DNA of 63,919 bases, filler included, from Phoronis australis (lineage: Eukaryota > Animalia > Phoronida), in the NCBI GenBank assembly GCA_002633005.1. It is 3 parts of 3 records of this genome, joined end to end, with 100 filler letters (N's around TTAATTAATTAA, not from the genome) between each part and the next. Parts side by side here need not be neighbours in the genome. Positions count along the whole stretch, not along the records: positions 31,453 to 62,398 come from NMRA01000115.1; 2 more parts are not named here. One strand, written 5' to 3'. Below are positions 50,909 to 62,498 of this stretch, in pieces (position 1 is the first letter of the stretch; the number at the start of each line of letters is the position of its first letter). A program made the position numbers and the translations under genes. The notes beneath the pieces are model-generated. The model had not been told where the DNA came from, ran no database searches, and saw nothing but the letters and a program-made list of their open reading frames with translations.

Positions 50909-53900
50909 TTGGAAACGTTCTCAATGAAGTTTGTTGCTCTTGTGAAAACTGCGAGGCAATTGTAGCTAAAACAATTCTGTTGCTGTTGTGCACCTATATC
51001 CTAGCTTTAACGGAGAGGCTGGGACTGGACTTTTCCGCGGGGGGAGGTTCGATTGAACCCTCCGACATCCCCCCCCCCCCTCCACCCCGGGTACGGGCCT
51101 GGGTTTGTTGGCTAATTTTGTCGAAAATCGCAGGTTGCCTGGGACCGCGCTTCAAGAGTCTTGTTTAACGAACAATCAAAATGAAAATAAAGCAATAAAA
51201 TTGGTCTTGTTTTGATAATCACAACACTCGATCAAACCTCAGTCGAGCAGACAGCTGGAAATTCACAGCGCAAACTTTCGCGGCTTGTCTGGGGGTCGAA
51301 AGCCCTAATAATAGAATATACAGGTCACGTGCAAGATTTGGCATTCCAGGGCAAGAGTTCTATGAGCACAGCAACTGAATGCTCAACCTACATATGTCAA
51401 ACTCTCGTGTGTTGCGCCTAAAGTGCAGTGATGATCCCGTTGATTGCTGAACCCTTCGGCTTTAAAATCCTAGACTCGACTCGAAGGAAACCCATTTACC
51501 CACCTCAGCCGCAACTTAGCACCCCACCAACGTCAATAAGTCGGTTTCCGACAAGCGACCCACAATGAAGCCCCAGTAACTTGCAAATTTTAATCATTGC
51601 ATCATTCTGGTCACACTGAGTTCATGAACTGCCAAATGAAATGAACGTTTGACCTTCTTACTTGACGCCCATCTAGGATACCATAAGGGTGGCAACATGT
51701 TGCATCGGGGAATTGGGTAAAGCGCGATTGTATGTACACAGGCGGCCCGAAAGTTTCGGGGCCGGGGATGTGGAACTGCTGTTCAGAAAATCTATTGGTG
51801 GTGGACTAAAAAACAAAAAACGATACCGCCGCGATCTCAGGTCGCTACTGTGCCAAGTTTCCCTCCACGTGATGTCATGGGTGGAAGTCGTACCATCTAC
51901 TGTAAAGAGGTGGGGCTTGGCAGGTTGGAAGCCTAAGATGGTTCTGAGCTTGAACTAAGAGATCATTATGACGATACAGAGGAGAGTTGATAAGCGAATC
52001 ACAGACAAGTCGTGGGAGGAACAAAGAACGAACAACGCTCGCTCACACAATTGGTGCTCCATTCAACACAATCTCTACCCGCGGCAGATACATACCAGTA
52101 CCGCAGAATATTTCNGGAAACATGTTGAAGAAAATAAGTTTATTTCCAAGTTTCCCTCCACGTGATGTCATGGGTGGAAGTCGTACCATCTACTGTAAAG
52201 AGGTGGGGCTTGGCAGGTTGGAAGCCTAAGATGGTTCTGAGCTTGAACTAAGAGATCATTATGACGATACAGAGGAGAGTTGATAAGCGAATCACAGACA
52301 AGTCGTGGGAGGAACAAAGAACGAACAACGCTCGCTCACACAATTGGTGCTCCATTCAACACAATCTCTACCCGCGGCAGATACATACCAGTACCGCAGA
52401 ATATTTCTGCTTTGTATAGCCTGATTTCAAGCAATACCTAACTGTCAGTTCTTTACTAATGCTCTAAGCTCTCTCCCACGTTGACAAATGAGTAATTTGA
52501 GATCAAATTCATATCGGTAAGTGGTATACAACAATATTCAACGCAAACTCTATCTAGTGTAGACATTTTTAGAAAATTTCTATGCGGGTCCTTGGCTCTA
52601 TAGTTAAACAAGTGGGTGCGAAACAGATCCTGCGAAATTCTACGTGTCTATGACAATTAGTATTGGGGACACCCGGGGGAAATACTCCGGAATACGTTCT
52701 ACAGATGTTAGATGATCTTATCTGGCGAAAACGTAAGATCACGCAAGTCTGCGGAAGATGTCACCAAGCATTACAAGCGAAGCACGTGATCGCACAAGCT
52801 TTTTCCACGAGATGTTGGGTTGACGGAACTGAGCCCGGGTCAATCACCAGTCATTCAGTCATGCAGCCAGTCGTTCAAGACTATTTATTTTCAAAATGGT
52901 TAACACAATACGATAAAGACACGTTCCAACTCTGCAAGACGGCTATCAACATGTTCGCATGATTTTGCTCTCGTCTCAGACCACTCTTACAAAATATTGT
53001 ACTATACAGCGTTCTTGACTAGATCATGCAATGGCAATACAACTTTTGGACAGACGTTCTACAATTTAATCTGAGGCAAAGAGAATTAAGTTTTATAACT
53101 CATTGTTAATAAATCTCAATACGCAATGTGCCACGAGGCAGCGTTGTATTATTTATCTGAACCATTCATACACAGGTCAGCTATTCATTGTTATTCACTA
53201 GTAGCGCAGTAGCTAATCGTGAGCGGTATTGTGGGCGCTGAACCCTTATTCATCTACCTACAATTCATTTTCATTACCAACTGTGTCATTGAAGCTACGA
53301 CTGTGTAGAGGGCGAGTCGACTCTCGCGCTATAGACACAGGTACGACATTAAACGTAAATTAACAGCTAGCGATACACAGTGTCGTAAACTTCACTTTAA
53401 GTGACAACTTGGACAGAATAGGTTTTGAAGGGTCACCACTCATTCCTCTCTGAAAGACAACAGGTATGTTATGATGCTAATCTTGATCGCTGGTTTCAGA
53501 AATACAGCTGGAGATTTTTCAGGGATTACTTGAAAATCTTGTTTACCGTCGTACGCCTGCTTACTGGAAGTACCTAAGTAAGGGTATTTGGTAGGCTTTG
53601 ACAAGCTTAACTGCTTGTTTAAATAATTCTCAACAACTGTATCGAACGGATATATATTGAGCCTGGTGATATAATTATTGTCAAATTTAAAATGACGTGT
53701 CCATCGATATGTACGTGCCTCGTTGTAGGTATGTTTTTTTAGCTCTATACGTAGGTTTTCAGAAAACACAAACAACAACGAAAATTACTCTATCAGCTGA
53801 GCACGGCTCGTAGGAAGGAAAGACATAGCTTCACTCGACGATTTTCTTTGAGTGGTAAACCTGGGTGTAAACCAGACAAGCACCGGTGAAAACACACACT

Positions 53901-54779
53901 AAATATAGCTAACAGCGTACAATAAACGTTGCTAAATATCCCTGATCATAAGCATTTGGCTGTAGCTTAATCTTTACACAGGTGGCAATTGTTTACTCAA
54001 AAAATCAAATATACTTTAAAAATCAAGCATGCGTGGACGTTCGGAAAGCGATCGTTTTTTGACACAGTTAGATTAAGGGAGTTCTTTAAGCTAGCTACCT
54101 GTCAATACCAAGTAAAAGTGGCGCCCTCTTGGGATATGAGGCTACATTTGTCTCGAAGTCTGTGTTTTGCAATACCTCAGGCGAAGTAAATTCATGACTT
54201 GCTCGCTCACCCATTAACACGTTTTCTTAAGACATGATAGTATAGATGCGAAGTAATCGCCAGTCCTCCAACGCTACCTAGCGTTGGCAATCCTCATCGT
54301 TAACCTGCCAATTGATAGTTATTGGAGTGAGCAGATGATAATTTTTGAATGAAAATATACTGAAAACCAGAAAGCCCAGCAAGTTAAGAATTACCTGGCA
54401 ATAAAATGTGTTTTTTTTTTACTGAGCCCAGATAAGCACATGTGCTGATTATTGCCGTAATCTCTTGCTGCGTCTCGTGTATTTCGAAGTCCCAGAAATA
54501 TTTCAGGAAAGAATAACTGGATTAAGTACACAAACGCCCGCTGCTGTATCTCCTAAAACGCTTGCAGGATCGTAATGAGATTCACAGATATGTTCCAATG
54601 AAGCTGAAGACAGATGACGAGGAATTTCTTACTTATTCGATAATCGATGTGCCTATCAGTTGTGATAATTTTATTTTTTACATTTGTCTCTGTATCTTCG
54701 TTTCCTTGATGGGTTTTCATGAAAGTTGGCAACTAGTCTAAGATTTCTGCTAAAAAGGCAACGGCACCTTCCCAATTTA

Positions 54780-54940
54780 GGACGGATTCGGTATATTTTT
54801 CGTCACCTAGTGGCCTTTTTATTATTTCTCCGTTTTGGCGGCCGCCCGTCTATCGGCAAAACTGCTCGAAAGATCATGGTGAATATTGGCAGATGTGTTC
54901 CTGATGAGAATACAGTGACTCGTTTTAAAATTTTCGGAAG
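54780..54940 (-). repeat. Single inverted HINE-family core
   Basis: GGACGGATTCGG..CACCTAGTGGCC..GATCATGGTGAATATTGGCAGATGTGTTC is the reverse complement of the 14.4-kb unit. Confidence 0.5.
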
Positions 54941-57278
54941 AGCGTGACTATTGCGGCTCGCCCTAATGACAGTTTCTTTTCTTGCGTCCGCGGCTGCATC
55001 TCTATTTAATGCCTTGCAGTAATTTATTTTTTGTGTCTGTGTTTCGCTATATGTCACCAATTGAATGACGTATAAATTCTTACGAAATCGTACTGTGCTA
55101 ACATATTTTATGTCTTTGACCTACCTCTTAGCCAGAGCACAGTAACAGACAGGTTTTAATGTTGTGTAATTACTAAGTCAGGATGGTTTTCTTTTGCACT
55201 GATACGATAAGAGCAACCCTCTCCTCTTTTGAGAAAAGTGTCACCATCAAATATTTTCTTCTATGGAATCCCCGGTAATAGTCACTTATGGTGCCGCGTT
55301 TTGAGAATCAGTGCAGAAAATTGGTTGTAAAAATGAGATACACCTAAAGTGACTATTACCCAATTCCCTTTTAATCGTGCAAATTCACACTTTGTCCTGC
55401 AAATCAGCGATTGACGGAAATGGGTTGGTCACTTCAAGAGTCAATTGTGTAGTTATTACTAACAGAATGTTTTGCACGGTGCAGGATAAAACTAGTTAGA
55501 TGAGGTGAGTTCCGCCCCTTAAGGGAACTTACGCAAATTAAAACGGGTAAAATGCGAACACAAGTTAAGTCTACACCTTCAAGTCCACTGTCATACGGTG
55601 TCGCGCAGCCCCAACCACATCCCACTCTGGTTTGTCACTAACTTCTTGTGCCCCCTACCACACTACCGTCGCTACACTTAATTCCGACCCTATTTTGGAG
55701 TGTCATACAAGGAAGACAGTGTCGCAAAGTGGCACGTTCTTGACCCAAATCTACAGTAGACGCTAGCGGTAACTGTTTCTACTAAAACACTCTTACGACG
55801 GCGGAAGGTCTTTCGGCAGAAAAGTTCACAGGGAAGGATTGTAGACATAATAAATTATGAGAAAACGCAATATCTAGAATACGAATAAAATTGTCTTGTA
55901 CACTTTCCCTTCTCACCCTAAATTACATGCATGAGCGTGGACGTCAATGAACACACATGTGTAATCTTGTTTTTAAGTGCGCGGCACATATGCCCATTGT
56001 GATAACGTGTTTTTACGTTTTCCTTTGTCCGTATAAAATGATGCGTTTTCGAAGAAACCTTTTGAAGCCCTTTTTTAAGATACGTCGATGAGACCACAGA
56101 TAAACCTATAAGGTATGGATTTTGTAAACGTTGAACATTGTGGCACTCAAACATTTCCAGGGAGACGAGCACTTGTTGCAGGTAGGCGACGCTAATTAAA
56201 TTATAACTGTCGTGAGTCTCTTAACAATCACAATTGGGGAAACCCCGTCGTCGACGTCATGGTAACGGTTGCCTACTCCGTGTTGCTGTTCAATCTTCTG
56301 TTGTTGCTAACTCGATTCAAATGCATAAGGCATTAGGCCTACTTTTGAAAGCAAACCGGCCTTTATAACCGTCAGTAACTGGTTTACGTATTGCGTCGGC
56401 ATCCACAGCATAACGCACGGAAACCTTCATATTAATCCAACGAAGTGCACTTTAGTTGATAGCCTGTTGACATTAACCCATACACGCCAGTCCGGGTAAT
56501 TTGTGCTGCCATTTGTACGTAACTCGCATGTACATGCATATGTGGGAATTTGATTAGCGACACGACTTTGTAAATTACTGGGAAAATAACCAATCGAGAA
56601 GGAGCATATAATGTAATGTACTGTACTTGTACTCTGGTGGTATGGTGGAGGTATCAGGATGACAAAACTTTATCCTTCAGACCTATCTGTGTCAGAGATG
56701 GTAAGGCAATGAAGATAAATGTAGCATGGTATGGCAGCAGCGCTACCAAGTTCATTGATAAAAATGACAAGTCTGTGCCTATCGTACTTTTTCTATCGAC
56801 TGACATTATCTTTAATGGTTGAGAAATGATCTACGATTTGTATAATTACGAGCTCCATAGCTAGGCTGTCGATAGATTTCCTGTCTATAGCTTACGATTT
56901 GTTCTTGCTAATCTTACTTGGAGGTAAGATTGGCAAGAACAAACCTGATGCCGTCCCTCAACAGCCACCGTACTTACTAGCGATTGGTGTTGTAACTGTG
57001 GTGTTGGAAATAATTTTCCCTTTTTTCTATTCAGGAAGAGCAAAACAGAAACTGAAAGGCGTGTTGGCTACATCGGGACAGGAAGTGTGGTTGTAACTAT
57101 TAAGGAGAACGATTTTGGCCAAAAGCGTGAACATTCGCTGATTGCCGGTGACGCTAAGGGCCCAATCAGTGTTCATCAAAGCGAGGAAAATTGCACTTCC
57201 CCATGCAAAATAATCACTGACAAGTTGCCGCATTTGTGCGTGTGAATTTCCTGCAATAGATTTGCCGATTGTCAAGAA

Positions 57279-57725
57279 ATGGCGCAATCCGCTGCTGTTG
57301 TTGAAGCTACAATGACTTCATCACTTTTGAGCTTTGTTGATGTTGTTACGGGAACAATGCGTTTTTTCTTACCCATCATTTTGTGCTACTATCTAATGAA
57401 AATTGTCTTACAATTGTGGCGTAGTGGAGACAAACAGCATACTTTTTGTGAGATGAGTGAAAACTTTAAAATTCCAATGCAAATCGTCTGCTTAGGAAGT
57501 TTTACCCTCATCGTCAACCACTGGATATCAAAGAATGCGCACGCGCAGGAACCTCAATATGGAGAAACAAGTGTTTTCGTTCTGTTTACCTTTGCGTTTT
57601 GGTTGGTCGTTTTGCTGCTCGTAAACTTGACGTTTGTGTACATGTGGATAGAGGGCGCTTTTAACTACATAATGACCATTTTTGAGGACGAAAAACCTTC
57701 CTTGGGTAATAGTGAAAATTGTTAA
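57279..57725 (+). CDS. Orphan 148-aa protein with about three hydrophobic segments, in a terminal exon
   Basis: gaaATGG start, upstream in-frame TGA at 57243, strong acceptor ttttcccttttttctattcag| at 57034, upstream GTAAG donors at 56701 and 56924, AATAAA at 57739. Confidence 0.5.
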   Translation: MAQSAAVVEATMTSSLLSFVDVVTGTMRFFLPIILCYYLMKIVLQLWRSGDKQHTFCEMSENFKIPMQIVCLGSFTLIVNHWISKNAHAQEPQYGETSVFVLFTFAFWLVVLLLVNLTFVYMWIEGAFNYIMTIFEDEKPSLGNSENC

Positions 57726-59039
57726 ATGTTGATCTTTAAATAAACATTTACGTTATGAGTACAGTTTTGACCAGAGGGGAGTCTTGAATTTTATGTTTTA
57801 ATTAGCTATTGTTCATGTCTTCGGTTGTGAATGAAGCTGGGTAATTGTTCAAGCTCCACAGAGAATCTGTACTGTCTGTTACATTGCCTGGAACTTCGTT
57901 ATATTTTCAAAGTAAAAATTTTAGTACCAAAATGTCGTTCATGGCTAATTACATGCAAACACCGTTGCCTGGCGAAAGTGTGCATTGCTTCACGAAAAGC
58001 GCCACCTCGAGTTTGGATTTTCAGTTGTGGAGAACGCTAGGCCTACGGTAGCACCTCATACAAAAGTGGAATACTTTAAAAACAATTTCTTTCAGCGTTT
58101 TGGAGGACAGTGCCAAAAGCTCAGTATCTGAAAGTAGAAGAAATGTCAGCGCCTTATTGCTCGAGACAATGCTCGGCGCGCGTACGCTGCGTGACAGCAA
58201 ACTTGTAGCGTCTGGTCTCAAAGCAAAAACGATCAGTTCTTTGCAAGCCCAAGAATTACATCCGATTTGACCAATAAGAAACAAATTAAGACCAATTTCA
58301 TAACGGTAAGCGTTCTAAATAAAAAGTTGGCACTTTTATGCGTAAAAGGTGGGATTATAGCCTGGCAAGCCACGTAGGTATAAGTATCGCCATCTATCGG
58401 GTAAGGGACAAGTTATGAGAAAGAGAAGCTAAAGAAGTTATCAAAAGCAGAAGTAGTCCCTTGGCATTGCTTTTGATGCTTGATGTTGCAAGATGACGTC
58501 ATGCTTCTTTCGTTTGAAAATGCTGCATGCGGTTAGATATGGAGACAATCTTACCGGATCTAATTAAGATAATGCGCTAGAATGTGCTCATAAGGGTGCT
58601 ACGATTAATCGAGATGTAATCGACCCGGAAACGACCGATTTCCATGTCGATACGCCAAGGCCGATTTCAATTCGATTCTTTGTTTCATTTTTTGCCGTTA
58701 GGTGTCTTACAGAGTTGTGACTTAGTTTGTATCGGTTGAAGAGTGTTATGTGAGTTATTGAAACACTGAACACACAAACAGCTCGGATTGTTTGTAAGTT
58801 GGAATCTTATCAAATTCAACAATTCTATTACTAAAATTGGTAAGTTGACTACTTAAACTTGAGAAAAAATGAATGAATTTGACAAACAAGAATAGAATCT
58901 AAAATAATTGAATTCTTCCTAAAAAGAACCGAATCGAATTCCTAAAAACTAAACATGAATTGCCCCACCGCTCAGGCTATTGGCTTACGAAGTAAATGAT
59001 TGTGTGTTAGCCGGGCAGCAAAAAATCAAACACAAGCGG

Positions 59040-59770
59040 TCGGTTATTGCAATTCAAGGGACGATAAAACTGTTTTGATACCAAAATTTTTGTTTGTTTG
59101 TTTGTTTGTTTGTTTGTTTGTTTGTTGAAAAAAATTGATAATTTTTAACCAGTATATAACAATTCTCAATAATAGATGTACCTTCATTTTCACTCTACCA
59201 AGCTCTCCCCTCACTGCAGCGTTTGAGACATGCTGCCCAAATCCCAACAAAAATTTACAAACTTTATTTTGCACGATTTCATGTCTTGTGCGGGGTGAAA
59301 TCCCTAAATCTTAGAACCATACAACAAGATCGGTAATATTTTTGTGTCAAACATTTTAAACCACATTTGCACATGAATGTCATTGTACATAAACATGTGC
59401 TTTTTCAGTACAAAAATGGCCTTTGCCGCTTTGTCAGCTAACACATGAAGCTTCCATTTATTACAATATTCTTCTAGTTTGGTAATTAATCTTTCCATAG
59501 CAATAGCCGTTTTAGAGACAAGAACCAAATCATCGACAAACAACAACAAATATCAATTCAATATTCCAATACTTATACACGAGCCCTGTATATTTAATGT
59601 TAATCACTTTCTAAATCATTTATAAATAGCGAGAAGAGAAAGGGAGACAATTGACACCCTTGTCTTACACCCATCGTACATTGGAAGAAATTGGTTACGT
59701 AACTATCCCCATCAGCAAGACGCAAGAGTTCACATTTTCATACATTCTGTTTAGAATTTTATGCAAAAGG
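59040..59770 (-). mobile_element. Decayed RTE-X-like LINE RT and C-terminal fragment
   Basis: GVRQGCQLSP, LLFVDDLVLVS, YCNKWKL, KAAKAIFVLK, FDTKILPILLYGS, CKFLLG, NAAVRGELGR; (TTTG)n at about 59090-59126. Confidence 0.85.
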
Positions 59771-61271
59771 CCAATGTAAAACGTGACTTCATATACCTTA
59801 AGGACAAGGGAGATTACTATACAGCACCGTCCTGTTATATGCCACATTTCTAGTAAACTTACAACTCTGTACTCGAGTAATGCGGCAACTTCAAGTCTGG
59901 GTCTGATAGTTGAACTCTACTCAAGCCGTAGAATCGAACTGAAAGTCGTTATAAACTGTTCGAGAACATGACTGGCGAATAAAATGACACCCTGTGACAA
60001 GTCATCGTGTAGAGCTTAGTTTTAGACAATAAAGACTGTCAATTCTTTCCAAAACCAGATATCACCTCTATTTTGACTTAAAGAGCAATTTGAGACTAAG
60101 TTATTGACCGTAGGTTGTCTAAAGCAAAAGTTGCGTTTTGTGATGGAAGACGGTTGTACGACCGCTTCAACTAATCACGCTGCATGATTGAAGCGCAAAT
60201 ATGTAAGTTAACTCGAAGCGTGATAAGAAACTGGTGAACTTTCGAGTCGTGTTCCGAGCACGGAAATTAAACTCCGGGTCTAGATCTTGGACTTCGTTGT
60301 TGAAAGCACCAAATTTTTTCAAAGTGGCATTTGACCTTTCAAAGTAACGTCGTGTCGTGAGCGTCCTCTGTTCGAATTGAAACTGGCTACTCAATGAATC
60401 ACATAGGTTACCTTGACGGTCATACTGCCTTGACGACCGTACAGAAGTTAACCCGCAGTGGCAATCGACTGTAGTGGATCTGAATTGAACCAACAACGAC
60501 CCTCCAATTTCTCTCTCAAGTCAAGAAATCATTTCATATCTAAACAAAGAACAAGTTAGTACCGGTTTTATAACAGACAAGGTGTGGCCTGAATCATTTA
60601 AAAAAAAATGTGCAGGCTTATTTAAACTTCGTGTAAAATCCGTATGTGAACAAAAATCTGTTTGCAATGTTAAGTTTGTAAACATGATCAATTGTTCTTC
60701 ATCTGCTTGAAGAAAGGCGAAAAATTATAAAACGTTTTTCAACGCCAAACAAAATGTTTTATTTCTTTCGTCTGCACTGCGGCATGCTTCAACCTAACCT
60801 ATTAATATTCATCACAAATTTGTTTATGTACAAACATTTGACTGGCAGTGTTCAGTTTGTAAAACATTGTTAACTGCGCTCACCCAGCATGATGTCTCGA
60901 AATTAACTCACTTTTTCGAAGTTGAATGAAAACTAAAATTAAAATTTTTATCGATTCTTTTTCCTCATGATATAGAGCACTGAAATGTCTAAGTTGAATA
61001 TCAGACATGAATTTCGTAACATGAGGCAAGCGCAAGACACATGCTGTGGAAAATCTTTGGTTATGAAACGGGAACTGTAAATTTTATCCCACCATGTTCC
61101 AATAATTCAACTTTAGCGACCAATCACTTCGTTTACTGTTACTTTGCTGGTATATAAGCGAGTAATGGCCGAACATACTCACGAAATAATCGTTTTTTTT
61201 CTTGACTGGTTTTGCGTGCTCTTGATAAAGTATTCTCCGTACGTACCAAAACTCCACTGGATTCTTTTGAT

Positions 61272-61300
61272 ATTTTATTTTATTTTATTTTATTTTATTT
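61272..61300. repeat. (ATTTT)n microsatellite
   Basis: Directly visible. Confidence 0.9.
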
Positions 61301-62145
61301 CAAATGTCGGTAAACATCTCAGTGTATCATTTAGGTATCCGTAAACCTGACTGTGCAGTTTTTCAAACGATTTTAGTTTTCGTGAAGTCTGATGCACAAT
61401 ACGTATCATTATTCTTGTTGTCGAGCGCTTTGCACTTCAGATTCGAGTCCGGTATTCGTGAAATTGGACTGTTAAGATGTTCTTCGACAAACGAAAAAAT
61501 AACGAGAAATGTCCATCAGGCCATGATTAAATCCCGCACAAATGCGTTTCCAAAACTGGCATTGGTACTTTATCGACGTTCACGATACCCCATGTGTTGG
61601 GACTTTTTGTGATTTGAAAAAATATATTTTGTGAATATCAATGATGAGTATCTAGGGACGTGTAATATATGTGAATACAGTACAGTGATTATTTATTTAT
61701 ATTATATTTTCTGTTGTACATGTATGTGACTGACTCAGTGGAATCGTCAATCAAGTGTAGCCATTATCTTGCAGTTGCAGCGAAAAATCATTACTTATAG
61801 AATGGAAGCAGCGAATTCAATCTCATAAGTCAACATTCCAGCCTCACCGACTTTTAAGTGGCAAAATGGCAATCACTTTTAAGTGGTCGCCATTTTGCTA
61901 AGATTGGCGTTTGTTAGATCTCGAGCATACTCTCCACTCAATGCGATTTTGCGAGGTCTTTCTAGATCTTGCTTTTCGCAAAAAAGTTGGTCTGCGGAAA
62001 GCTCTCTTGACCTCCAGTGCACTTTCTAACATTTCAAAATCGTACACTCTTTCCAATAGCTACGAGTAACACAATTAATGAAGGATGAGTCTAACTTCTT
62101 CAATTTGTTGACCAACAGAACGAGGTACTATTCGGAAATCTCAAT

Positions 62146-62398
62146 GGGGCTATTCGGAGAATTCTCCTCGCGGTGTCGCTGCTGTACTAGTGGTGATTGA
62201 ATTGCGCATGCGTGGCTGTCTGCATGTAAACAACTGGTAAAAGATGGGATTTTTATCAAAATATGTCGTCGCGCTAAGCCTTATTACTGCTAATTTCCCT
62301 GGTGCAAGTCTTCGACAGGTGGCCACAAATTCCCAAAAGACCTAAGGTTACTATATTCGTGGACAATTGCGGTCAACAGGGTCAACTAACTGACAAAA
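62146..62398 (+). mobile_element. Left end of a second copy of the THAP-bearing ISL2EU-like element
   Basis: AT|GGGGCTATT start, close match to 46812-47065; KFPKDLRLLYSWTIAVNRV keeps the THAP Trp; cut by the linker. Confidence 0.75.
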
Positions 62399-62498
62399 NN
62401 NNNNNNNNNNNNNNNNNNNNNNNNNNNNNNNNNNNNNNNNNNTTAATTAATTAANNNNNNNNNNNNNNNNNNNNNNNNNNNNNNNNNNNNNNNNNNNN
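62399..62498. other. Artificial scaffold-concatenation linker
   Basis: Identical 44 N + TTAATTAATTAA (62443-62454) + 44 N. Confidence 0.95.

Larger units (their letters stand above)
44447..51101. mobile_element. hAT-like element expanded by nested insertions
   Basis: 13-bp TIR CAGGCCCGTACCC / GGGTACGGGCCTG; GGTTTG duplicated at 44441-44446 and 51102-51107. Confidence 0.7.

Noticed and set aside
51853-52407. About 260-bp direct repeat resembling paired LTRs
   Set aside because: Essentially identical copies around a single N (52115), with no TG..CA ends or TSD.
57243-57245. In-frame TGA as selenocysteine
   Set aside because: No convincing SECIS stem-loop by eye, the poly(A) signal lies just after the stop, and the context is not a recognised selenoprotein motif.
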